Source of the DNA: Deferribacterales bacterium
GTDB taxonomy: Bacteria > Chrysiogenota > Deferribacteres > Deferribacterales > Geovibrionaceae
Direction: 5' to 3'
Length of the DNA: 64,000 nt
Assembly: GCA_050251945.1 (NCBI GenBank)
Contig: JBFWLW010000006.1
Location: 96,039 to 160,038 of the forward strand
Shown here: piece after piece, positions 28,605 to 37,292 of the stretch
Layout of the letters: every line of letters starts with the position of its first letter
Numbering within the stretch: the stretch's first letter is position 1
Program-made: the position numbers and the translations under genes
The notes under the pieces: model-generated
The model's database searches: none
What the model was told of the DNA's origin: nothing
What the model saw: only the letters and a program-made list of their open reading frames with translations

Positions 28605-29659
28605 TCTGGTTCGACCTTGTTACGCCGAAATCCGTTATGTTCTTCCGCCCCTTTATAGAGGGCATAAAGGCGCGCGGCAAAACCGTTCTCGTCACTGCAC
28701 GCGAAGGAGACGGCTATAAAGAGGTGGTTGACCTGCTCAACCTCTATAAAATCGAGTTCGTGAACCGCGGATACTTCGGCGGTGCGAATCTCGGAGACAA
28801 ACTTAAGGCATCAATTCACCGCCAACTTGCGCTGATGGAATACATCGAAAAATGCAGTATAACCAAGCTGGTCTGCCTTTGCAGCGTGGACGCCAACCGC
28901 GTTGCTTTCGGGCTTGGTATACCGATAATCAATTTTTACGACATCCCCCTTTCAGACCATACGGCAAATTTCCGCAAAGCTCTGCCGCAGGCAAGGCTCA
29001 CGCTGCCCCTTTCAACAAAGGCGTTCAGACCGTACATGGTACCGCAGAGCATTTTCGAGCGCTTCTCGCTGGAACCGGAACAGATATTCTCATACAATTT
29101 TCTCGACGTCGTGGCATGGCTCCACGACTTTGAGCCGGATATCAACTTTTTCAGAGACTTTCTGAAATCCCGCGGACTGGACACGAACAAAAAAACAATT
29201 GTGGTGCGCGAGGAAGAGTTTAAGGCGTCATACGTAGGGAAAAAATATCCGGTGCTTTACGAAGGGCTTGAGCTGATAAAAGAAAAAATGAACGTCAACA
29301 TCGTCCTTATCCCCAGATATGAGGCGGAGCCACTTAAAGCGATGTTTCCCTATGCCACAGTTCTTGAGGAAAAGATGGTTATCCAGCACCTTCTGGCGTT
29401 CGCCGACCTTTTCATCGGCGGCGGCGGAACGCTTAACTCAGAGGCGTGCTACTTCGGCACACCCGTAATATCCACCCGTTCGTTTATCTCCCACTATGAC
29501 AAACTGCTGATTGACAGCTCGCTCATGGAAAAAGCGGACACAGCGGAAGAGCTTCTTGAAAAAGCACAGCAGATAATATCAAAACGCCATGATCCGAAAC
29601 CGCTGTTCGATACCATGTCTTTTGATATGGACAGCATTATTGAGGAGATACTTAAGTAA
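28601..29659 (+). CDS. DUF354-family putative glycosyltransferase (GT-B-like)
   Basis: MIWFDLVTPK..FF, VTARE, RVAFGLGIP, VVREEE..ASY, FIGGGGTLNSEA..GTPVIS. Confidence 0.78.
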   Translation: MIWFDLVTPKSVMFFRPFIEGIKARGKTVLVTAREGDGYKEVVDLLNLYKIEFVNRGYFGGANLGDKLKASIHRQLALMEYIEKCSITKLVCLCSVDANRVAFGLGIPIINFYDIPLSDHTANFRKALPQARLTLPLSTKAFRPYMVPQSIFERFSLEPEQIFSYNFLDVVAWLHDFEPDINFFRDFLKSRGLDTNKKTIVVREEEFKASYVGKKYPVLYEGLELIKEKMNVNIVLIPRYEAEPLKAMFPYATVLEEKMVIQHLLAFADLFIGGGGTLNSEACYFGTPVISTRSFISHYDKLLIDSSLMEKADTAEELLEKAQQIISKRHDPKPLFDTMSFDMDSIIEEILK

Positions 29660-29865
29660 TGTTTACGGAAACGAATATCCGCTCCATCCTGAAAGCCGTT
29701 TCATGGCGGTTCTTCGGAACCATGACAACTATCATAATAGTCTATGTTATGTTCAAACGGCTTGATGTCGCCATTTTCACAGGACTTCTGGAAACCGTAT
29801 CCAAGATAGCTCTGTATTTTGTTCATGAACGCATCTGGAACAAAATACCCGTCGGAAAGCAGTAA
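29659..29865 (+). CDS. DUF2061-family small membrane protein
   Basis: [10 protein letters not shown]...T...[10 protein letters not shown]. Confidence 0.85.
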   Translation: MFTETNIRSILKAVSWRFFGTMTTIIIVYVMFKRLDVAIFTGLLETVSKIALYFVHERIWNKIPVGKQ

Positions 29866-30758
29866 TGGATCTTTCATATCTGGACAGGCTGGAGGCGGAA
29901 AGCATACACATAATCCGCGAAGCCGCGGCAGAAGCGCAAAAACCGGTCATGCTCTATTCCATAGGAAAAGATTCGTCCGTGATGCTTCATCTCGCCATGA
30001 AAGCGTTTCATCCGGCAAAACTTCCTTTCCCCGTCATGCACGTTGACACCAAATGGAAATTCCGCGAAATGATATCTTTCCGCGACGAAACGGCAAAACG
30101 TCTGGGGCTTGATCTTATCGTATACACAAACCCCGAAGGTCTGGAAAAAGATATCAATCCTTTCATACACGGCAGCAAACTGCATACGGACATAATGAAG
30201 ACCGATGCGCTGAAGCAGGCGCTTAACATGCACGGATTCGATATGATATTCGGAGGCGCAAGGCGCGACGAGGAAAAATCCAGAGCGAAAGAACGCATCT
30301 TCTCTTTCAGAGACTCAAACCACAGGTGGGATCCGAAAAATCAGCGTCCCGAACTCTGGGGACATTACAATACAAAGCTGAACAAAGGCGAAAGCCTCCG
30401 CGTGTTTCCGCTTTCAAACTGGACAGAGCTTGACGTCTGGTTCTATATCCTTCGGGAGAAGATTCCGGTCGTTCCGCTGTATCTGGCGAAAGAACGCCCC
30501 GTTGCCGACGTTGACGGAGTTCTCATCATGGCAGACGACGGCAGGATGCCAAAACAATACAATATCACTATGAAATCGGTGCGTTTCCGCACACTTGGCT
30601 GTTATCCGCTGACGGGTGCTGTACCCTCAGAGGCTTCCACTCTTGAGCAGGTTATCGAAGAGATGATGATGTCCACCCTTTCGGAACGGCAGGGACGGAT
30701 AATCGACTTTGACCAGTCAGGCGCTATGGAAAAAAAGAAGACGGAAGGCTACTTTTAA
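29865..30758 (+). CDS. cysD: Sulfate adenylyltransferase subunit 2
   Basis: [52 protein letters not shown]. Confidence 0.97.
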   Translation: MDLSYLDRLEAESIHIIREAAAEAQKPVMLYSIGKDSSVMLHLAMKAFHPAKLPFPVMHVDTKWKFREMISFRDETAKRLGLDLIVYTNPEGLEKDINPFIHGSKLHTDIMKTDALKQALNMHGFDMIFGGARRDEEKSRAKERIFSFRDSNHRWDPKNQRPELWGHYNTKLNKGESLRVFPLSNWTELDVWFYILREKIPVVPLYLAKERPVADVDGVLIMADDGRMPKQYNITMKSVRFRTLGCYPLTGAVPSEASTLEQVIEEMMMSTLSERQGRIIDFDQSGAMEKKKTEGYF

Positions 30759-32626
30759 TGAGCAGACTTGAAGAATACATGGCAAAGGATGCGGCGAAAC
30801 AGATGCTGCGGTTCATAACCTGCGGAAGTATCGACGACGGAAAGAGCACGCTGATAGGCAGACTGCTGCACGAATGCAGGGCAGTTTACGACGACCAGAT
30901 GGCGGCTGTCGTAAAAGACAGCAAAACATCCGGCACAACAGGCGACGAACCCGATCTGGCGCTTATAGTCGACGGACTGCTGGCGGAACGCGAACAGGGC
31001 ATAACAATAGACGTTGCTCACCGCTATTTCTCCACATCAAAAAGAAAGTTCATAATTCTCGACACCCCCGGACATGAGCAGTATACCCGCAACATGGCAA
31101 CAGGTGCATCAAACGCAGACCTCGCCGTGATACTTATAGACGCACTGAAAGGCATCAGCCCCCAGACCGTACGCCATTCCTATATAGTCAAACTCATGGG
31201 AATCAAAAACGCAGTTGTCTGTATAAATAAGATGGACGCAAAAGGCTACAGCAAAGATATTTTCGATAAGATAGCCGGAGATTATGCAAAAACAGCCGAT
31301 AAAATAGGTCTGTCTTACAGAATAATTCCCGTTTCAGCCCTTAAAGGCGACAACGTGACATCAAAAAGCGATAAAATGCCATGGTACGACGGCGAGAGCC
31401 TTATCGAAATTCTGGAAAGCGCTGAACCCGATGCGCCTTCATCTCACGGTCATCTGAGACTTCCCATACAATACGTTCTGCGCCCCGACAAAACTTTTCG
31501 CGGTTTCTGCGGACGTATCGAATCCGGCGGCATCAGCACAGGAGACAGTATCACCGTTCTGCCGTCCGGCGTGTCCACCCGCATCAAATCAATCTCAATC
31601 GGCGGCAGAAATGTTGAAACCGCTTCCGCTCCGCTTTCAGTGACATTCACAACCGAAGACGAAGTGGACATAAGCCGCGGAGACATGATAGTTCATGACA
31701 AAAAATCCGTCCTGTTCGGAAGCGGGTATACCGCAAACCTTATCTGGATGGATTCCGAGCCGCTGAAACTCAATTCGCGCTATATTCTGAAATGTGCGGC
31801 TGGAAGTATAGGCGCTCATATAAACACCATCTTCAGCAGAACGGACATATCGACACTGAACAGCGAACCCGCATCGTCACTCGGCATAAACGACCTTGCG
31901 TCGGCGGGCATTTCTCTGGACGCTTCCAGACCGTTCGACACCTACGACATGTGCCGCGCAACAGGCAGTTTTATCCTTATAGACAGGATAACGGGCATGA
32001 CAGCCGCCGCAGGCATGATAACTGCATCCGAAAGCCCAAGGAACGTCGTGTGGCATACGCACTCGGTAAATCGTCAGCAGCGCATCGACCTGAAATGTCA
32101 CAAACCTGCAGTGCTTTGGCTCACCGGCTTAAGCGGTTCAGGAAAATCCACAATAGCAAACGCCCTTGAGAGTACGCTAAACAGTTCCGGCATACACACA
32201 TATCTTCTCGACGGCGACAACGTTCGCCACGGACTCTGCAAAGACCTCGGTTTTTCCGCGCAGGACAGAGAAGAGAACATCAGACGCATCGGCGAAACAG
32301 CAAAACTTTTCGCAGACGCAGGTATCGTGACCATAACGGCATTCATCTCCCCTTTCGCAAAGAGCAGAGACCACGTAAGAGCTATCATGCAGGAGGGAGA
32401 ATATATTGAGGTATTCATCGACGCACCCATAGACGTATGCGAACAGCGAGACCCGAAAAATATGTATAAGAAGGCACGCAGCGGTGAAATAAAAGATTTC
32501 ACTGGCATAAACTCACCGTACGAAATTCCGCAGGCGCCTGAGGTACACATACGCACAGATATAATGTCCGTAACTGAATCGGTGGAGATGATTCTGAGTT
32601 ACCTCAGGAAAAAAGGGATAATTTAA
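30758..32626 (+). CDS. cysNC: Bifunctional sulfate adenylyltransferase subunit 1 / adenylylsulfate kinase (NodQ-like)
   Basis: CGSIDDGKSTLIG, EREQGITIDVA, DTPGHEQYTRNM, NKMD; C-terminal WLTGLSGSGKST, LDGDNVR, FTGINSPYE. Confidence 0.96.
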   Translation: MSRLEEYMAKDAAKQMLRFITCGSIDDGKSTLIGRLLHECRAVYDDQMAAVVKDSKTSGTTGDEPDLALIVDGLLAEREQGITIDVAHRYFSTSKRKFIILDTPGHEQYTRNMATGASNADLAVILIDALKGISPQTVRHSYIVKLMGIKNAVVCINKMDAKGYSKDIFDKIAGDYAKTADKIGLSYRIIPVSALKGDNVTSKSDKMPWYDGESLIEILESAEPDAPSSHGHLRLPIQYVLRPDKTFRGFCGRIESGGISTGDSITVLPSGVSTRIKSISIGGRNVETASAPLSVTFTTEDEVDISRGDMIVHDKKSVLFGSGYTANLIWMDSEPLKLNSRYILKCAAGSIGAHINTIFSRTDISTLNSEPASSLGINDLASAGISLDASRPFDTYDMCRATGSFILIDRITGMTAAAGMITASESPRNVVWHTHSVNRQQRIDLKCHKPAVLWLTGLSGSGKSTIANALESTLNSSGIHTYLLDGDNVRHGLCKDLGFSAQDREENIRRIGETAKLFADAGIVTITAFISPFAKSRDHVRAIMQEGEYIEVFIDAPIDVCEQRDPKNMYKKARSGEIKDFTGINSPYEIPQAPEVHIRTDIMSVTESVEMILSYLRKKGII

Positions 32627-33849
32627 ACCGTATACTTCTTTAAAAGGTTATTAAGCTCTATCAGCGCCGTTTTCATTGAACGGATACGTATTGCGTCGCG
32701 GTCGCCGGCAAAGTTATATTTCTTCGTTACAACCTCTCTGCCCACACACCAGCCGATGCATACGGTACCCACAGGCTTTTCATCCGTACCGCCGTCCGGA
32801 CCCGCAACACCTGTGACCGAAACAGAGCAGGACGTGCGAAGCTGGTTCGCAACACCCACCGCCATGGCACGCGCGCACTCTTCGCTGACAGCGCCGTGGT
32901 TGATAAGTATATTTTCCGGAACGCGCAGAACGCGCATCTTAACATCATTGCTGTAAGATATCACACCGCCCATGAACACGTCGCTGGAACCCGCGATATC
33001 GGTTATCTCTTTGCCTATCATCCCGCCGGTACAGCTTTCTGCAACTGAAAGAGTCAAGCCCTTTTCGCGCAGGCTGCGCAGAAGCGCCGTTGCTATATTA
33101 TCTGAACCGTAACCGATGAAATTATCAGAGAATCTGCCTCTGACGCGCTCCGCATACTCTTTAAGCGTAGCCTCGTCAAAGCCTCTGAGCTTCACCAGTA
33201 TCTCGCCCTTGGCAACGTTTATTATGCACTCCATGCCTTCGGGAAAGCCGAACTCGCGCAGAACGTCGTCAACTTCCGATTCGGGAAGGGAACCTATGCG
33301 GATATCAATACTGTGGCGTTCGCGCATTTCAAAACGCTCACGCAGAAACGGCATAACGTGTTCCTCGAACATCAGATACATTTCATAGGGAACGCCCGGC
33401 ATACTTATTATGATATGCCCGCTCTTCTCCATGCCGAAACCCAGAGCGGTGCCTCTGCCGTTGGGAAACAGCAGACAGCCTTTCGGAAGCATCGCCTGAC
33501 GGAGATGGCTGTCCTTTATATTGACCCCGCGCTCTTGCAGGCGGTTTATCATATGCGTCTTGGCAGTTTCGTTCATCTCCGTTTCAACGCCTGCCGCCTC
33601 GGCAACAGTTTCAGCCGTGAGATCGTCGAAGGTCGGTCCCAGCCCGCCGGTTGTGAATACGCAATCGTATTCCTCAAGTGCCTGACGGAAAACTGAGACT
33701 ATCATCTCTTTATTGTCGGGAATAAGTCTTACCTGTTCAACATCAAAACCCGCTTTAACAAGTCTTGAACCCAGCCACGCGGAATTGGTATCAACGATAC
33801 TCCCCTCCAGAAGCTCGCTTCCAACCGCAAAAATCGCACATCTGACCAT
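32623..33849 (-). CDS. cinA: Competence/damage-inducible protein CinA (MocF-like domain + NMN deamidase PncC)
   Basis: VGSELL.G...DTN, TGGLGPT.DD, MPGVP.EM; AESCTGG, GAVS, TGVAGPDGG, PVGTV. Confidence 0.95.
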   Translation of the reverse strand: MVRCAIFAVGSELLEGSIVDTNSAWLGSRLVKAGFDVEQVRLIPDNKEMIVSVFRQALEEYDCVFTTGGLGPTFDDLTAETVAEAAGVETEMNETAKTHMINRLQERGVNIKDSHLRQAMLPKGCLLFPNGRGTALGFGMEKSGHIIISMPGVPYEMYLMFEEHVMPFLRERFEMRERHSIDIRIGSLPESEVDDVLREFGFPEGMECIINVAKGEILVKLRGFDEATLKEYAERVRGRFSDNFIGYGSDNIATALLRSLREKGLTLSVAESCTGGMIGKEITDIAGSSDVFMGGVISYSNDVKMRVLRVPENILINHGAVSEECARAMAVGVANQLRTSCSVSVTGVAGPDGGTDEKPVGTVCIGWCVGREVVTKKYNFAGDRDAIRIRSMKTALIELNNLLKKYTV

Positions 33850-33856
33850 AGATCAC

Positions 33857-34324
33857 CTATATATGAGAAAAGAAAAATATGTATCCGGGATAGAGTAACC
33901 CCAGAAGTATTATTGAGTATACCGCCGCCATGATATCGTCTGCCATGACGCCAAGCCCGCCGTCAATTTTTTCAAGTTTTTTGATGGGATAGGGCTTCCA
34001 TATGTCGAATATTCTGAACAGCACAAAGCCTGCGGGGATTGTAAATACATTAGCAGGAATAAATAAAAAAATCATGTAATACGCCGCTATTTCGTCTATA
34101 ACAACTTCGGAAGCGTCCTTTTTGCCCGTCAGCTTTTCATATCTGTCCGCCGCCCAGACACCGCCCAGAAGCAGAACAACAAATACAAACGCCCTGAAAG
34201 GATATGCCAGTTGCTCTGTCGCCACAACCGGAAGTATCGCAAAAAGCGTTCCGAAAGTGCCGGGAGCCTTGGGGGCAAGTCCCGAACCGAAACCAAGTGC
34301 AAGTATCTTCGCAAATCTGTCCAT
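33857..34324 (-). CDS. pgpA: Phosphatidylglycerophosphatase A
   Basis: GFGSGLAPKAPGTFGT, VVIDE, FRIFDIWKP, GVMADD. Confidence 0.95.
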   Translation of the reverse strand: MDRFAKILALGFGSGLAPKAPGTFGTLFAILPVVATEQLAYPFRAFVFVVLLLGGVWAADRYEKLTGKKDASEVVIDEIAAYYMIFLFIPANVFTIPAGFVLFRIFDIWKPYPIKKLEKIDGGLGVMADDIMAAVYSIILLGLLYPGYIFFFSHI

Positions 34325-35043
34325 TATATTTCCTGTAGCTTCAAAGCTTCTTTAAGGTCTATTTTGCCCTCATAAAAAGCTTTGCCTGTTATAGCACCAA
34401 GAATACCTTTCTCGCCCTGAAGCGCCCTTATATCTTCGATGCCTTTGAGACCGCCGGACGCTATAACTGGATATTTGATGCTCTCCGCCAGTTTCAGCGT
34501 CGCCTCAATGTTTATGCCTGTGAGCATCCCGTCCCTTGATATATCCGTATAGATAACGCTCTCCGCCGAATAACCTTCATAGCTGTTGATAAGCTCAGCC
34601 GCGGTGACCGTGCTCTTTTCATACCAGCCCTCGGTTGCAACGTACCCGTCCTTTGCGTCCACGCCCAGAATGATTCTGCCGGGATATTCACTCATCGCCT
34701 CTTTGACAAATTCGGGATTTTTGACGACTACAGTACCGAGGATGCCGTATTTAACGCCTATTTCAAAATAGGCTTTCAGTTTTTCCATATCCCTTATGCC
34801 GCCGCCGACCTCAATGTCCATTCCGGCTGTGGCAACCATCTTCTCTATAAGAGAAAAATTCGTCGTCTCGCCTTTTTTGGCACCGTCAAGGTCAACTATG
34901 TGCAGTCTTCTGACACCCATGTCGGCAAACATCTTCGCCGCGTCCAGAGGGTTGTCGTAATATACGGTAAAATCGTCCATGTCACCCTGTTTAAGGCGCA
35001 CAGCCTTAGCGTTTAAGAGGTCTATGGCGGGTATTATCAGCAT
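34324..35043 (-). CDS. hisA: ProFAR isomerase
   Basis: IIPAIDL, LHIVDLDGA, VGGGIR, TDISRDG, IASGG. Confidence 0.97.
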   Translation of the reverse strand: MLIIPAIDLLNAKAVRLKQGDMDDFTVYYDNPLDAAKMFADMGVRRLHIVDLDGAKKGETTNFSLIEKMVATAGMDIEVGGGIRDMEKLKAYFEIGVKYGILGTVVVKNPEFVKEAMSEYPGRIILGVDAKDGYVATEGWYEKSTVTAAELINSYEGYSAESVIYTDISRDGMLTGINIEATLKLAESIKYPVIASGGLKGIEDIRALQGEKGILGAITGKAFYEGKIDLKEALKLQEI

Positions 35044-35657
35044 TTCCATTCTCCGAAGTTTTTAAGCAGGTGCAGACCTAGTTTCTGGCTCTTTTCAGGG
35101 TGGAACTGGGTCGCAGCCATATTATCGCGTATCACCATGGCGGAAAAATCCATACCGTATTCGCAGGAGAGTGCCTCAACGCCCGCCTCCTCCGCCTTTA
35201 CACAGTAGGAGTGTACGAAATAGAAATAATCGCCTGTGTTTATCCCCTCAAGCAGAGGATGGTTCATCTTTTTTGTTATGCTGTTCCAGCCGATCTGAGG
35301 TATCTTCATACCCTGCGCTATTATTTCTTCGGGAAACTTTCTGACTGTTCCTTTAAAATAGCCTAGCCCCTCGTGTTCGCCGAACTCAAGGCTCTTTTCA
35401 AAAAGAAGCTGCATACCGACACAGATGCCGAGAAACGGCTTTCCTGTCTTTATAAACTCAGCCGCCGCTTCTTTCAGCCCTGAATCCATCAGCCCGGTGC
35501 GGCAGTCGGCAAACGCACCTACACCCGGCAGAACAGCTCTGTCCGCCTTTATAACCTGTTCGGGGTCGGACGTTATCTGCGCATCGAAACCGAGAGACTG
35601 CAACGCCTTCTCAACACTGCGCAGGTTGCCCATACCGTAGTCTATCACTGCGATCAT
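35037..35657 (-). CDS. hisH: Imidazole glycerol phosphate synthase, glutaminase subunit
   Basis: DYGMGNLRSV, PGVGAF, GICVGMQ, YFVHSY, QFHPEKS. Confidence 0.97.
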   Translation of the reverse strand: MIAVIDYGMGNLRSVEKALQSLGFDAQITSDPEQVIKADRAVLPGVGAFADCRTGLMDSGLKEAAAEFIKTGKPFLGICVGMQLLFEKSLEFGEHEGLGYFKGTVRKFPEEIIAQGMKIPQIGWNSITKKMNHPLLEGINTGDYFYFVHSYCVKAEEAGVEALSCEYGMDFSAMVIRDNMAATQFHPEKSQKLGLHLLKNFGEWKC

Positions 35658-35689
35658 TTATATGTACTCCGTTAGATATTGAAAAGATG

Positions 35690-36274
35690 TCAGAGACTGC
35701 CCTTCGTGGACATTATCCGGTCTGACTCAATGCGCACCGCGTCCTTAATGGAGCGGGCGAAACATTTGAACATCCCCTCAATGATGTGGTGAGTATTTCT
35801 TCCGTATCTTTTAATAATATGCAGGTTTATACCTGCTCTGTCAGCAAAAGCCTTAAAGAACTCTTCCGTAAGTTCGGTGTCGAAGTCCCCGACCTTTTCC
35901 GAAGGGATATCAGCATCGAAGTTAAGATAGGTTCTGCCGGAAAAATCCACCGCACACTCTATGAGTGTCTCGTCCATCGGCAGAAGGAAAAAACCGTATC
36001 TGCGAATACCTTTCTTATCGCCGAGTGCTTCGCGAAAAGCGTCGCCCATAACGATGCCTACGTCCTCTGCGGTGTGGTGTCCGTCGATGTGCAGGTCTCC
36101 CTTCGCCTTAAGCTCCATGTCAAACCCGCCGTGACGCGTAAAAAGCTCAAGCATGTGGTTCAGAAAACCTATCCCCGTGTCAACGCTGTATTTACCGCTG
36201 CCATCCACATTAAGAACAATGGATATTTCCGTTTCCGTTGTCTTCCTTGTGATGCTTGATTTTCTCTCTGTCAC
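35690..36274 (-). CDS. hisB: Imidazoleglycerol-phosphate dehydratase
   Basis: RKTTET, TGIGFLNHML, HHTAED, PMDE, NTHHIIE, STKG. GTG 36274 preferred because of the RBS. Confidence 0.96.
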   Translation of the reverse strand: MTERKSSITRKTTETEISIVLNVDGSGKYSVDTGIGFLNHMLELFTRHGGFDMELKAKGDLHIDGHHTAEDVGIVMGDAFREALGDKKGIRRYGFFLLPMDETLIECAVDFSGRTYLNFDADIPSEKVGDFDTELTEEFFKAFADRAGINLHIIKRYGRNTHHIIEGMFKCFARSIKDAVRIESDRIMSTKGSL

Positions 36275-36389
36275 CGCAAACACCTCGAACTTTTATTTTA
36301 CTTTACTGTCCTGATATATTATCCTAACATGACGTAAAAATAAATATCTATTGCAGATGTTTTCCCTTTTATGAGAGACAGCATATAAA

Positions 36390-37280
36390 ATGAGATACCA
36401 TAAAACGCTCACCAAAAACTATGATCTGAATGAAAACGACGTCGACAATCTTCTTCTTATCAAGCCCATGATATCGAAATACAAAGACGAGTTCATTGAA
36501 GACTTCATGGAAAAAATGGCAACCTATCCAGTTAACGAAAAGCAGATGGCTGCGATGGAAGCTAACAGCGCAAAGCTCATACAGTGGTTTGACTCGCTGT
36601 TTGAAGGAAACGCCGACAACGCCTACTTCTCATTTGTCGGCAAACTCGGTCTGTCGCTGAACAAATACAAATTCGAGCCGGAATTCATCTCGTCAATGAT
36701 AAGCTTCGTGCGTCTCTGGATGCACGAAAAAATATTCAGCCTTATCGACGACGACATCCACAGAAAGGGCATACTCCTTTCCATGCATAAGATGCTCGAC
36801 ATCAACAGCGAGATAATCATCAGCTCATATTATGAAAAGCTGGTAAGCACATATAATCCTGTTCACAGCTACCGCAACAGAGTTGTTGACCTCAGCGAAA
36901 AGTTTTCTTTTATAGTGCATGCTCTTATGGTTATAACTCTCATAGGTTTAACCCTTACGGCAGGTATCGCGTTTGTCATCGAAACCGTACACCTTTTCGG
37001 CGAACAGCCTGATCATGCGCTTATAAATGCGCTGGGTTCGCTGCTTATTATCTGGGTTCTGGTGGAGCTTCTGCACACGGAAATTCAGATGCTCAAAGGC
37101 GGAAAATTCAAAAATTCGATATTCATAAGCGTTGCACTGATAGCCTTTATCAGAGATCTTATGATAATCACGCTTAAACATGAAACAACAAACATGCTCC
37201 AGCATGGATTCATTCTTGCGGCGATAGCCGTTCTCGGTATAGTTTACTGGCTCATCGTCCGCACGGAAAATAATAATTAA
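36390..37280 (+). CDS. Protoglobin/sensor-globin-like domain fused to a PsiE-family membrane domain
   Basis: Helical N-terminus with globin-coupled-sensor pattern (WFDSLFEG..DNAY...K.LD); four hydrophobic segments with ELL.T and ALIAFIR typical of PsiE. Confidence 0.7.
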   Translation: MRYHKTLTKNYDLNENDVDNLLLIKPMISKYKDEFIEDFMEKMATYPVNEKQMAAMEANSAKLIQWFDSLFEGNADNAYFSFVGKLGLSLNKYKFEPEFISSMISFVRLWMHEKIFSLIDDDIHRKGILLSMHKMLDINSEIIISSYYEKLVSTYNPVHSYRNRVVDLSEKFSFIVHALMVITLIGLTLTAGIAFVIETVHLFGEQPDHALINALGSLLIIWVLVELLHTEIQMLKGGKFKNSIFISVALIAFIRDLMIITLKHETTNMLQHGFILAAIAVLGIVYWLIVRTENNN

Positions 37281-37292
37281 TCGGGGTTTTTA

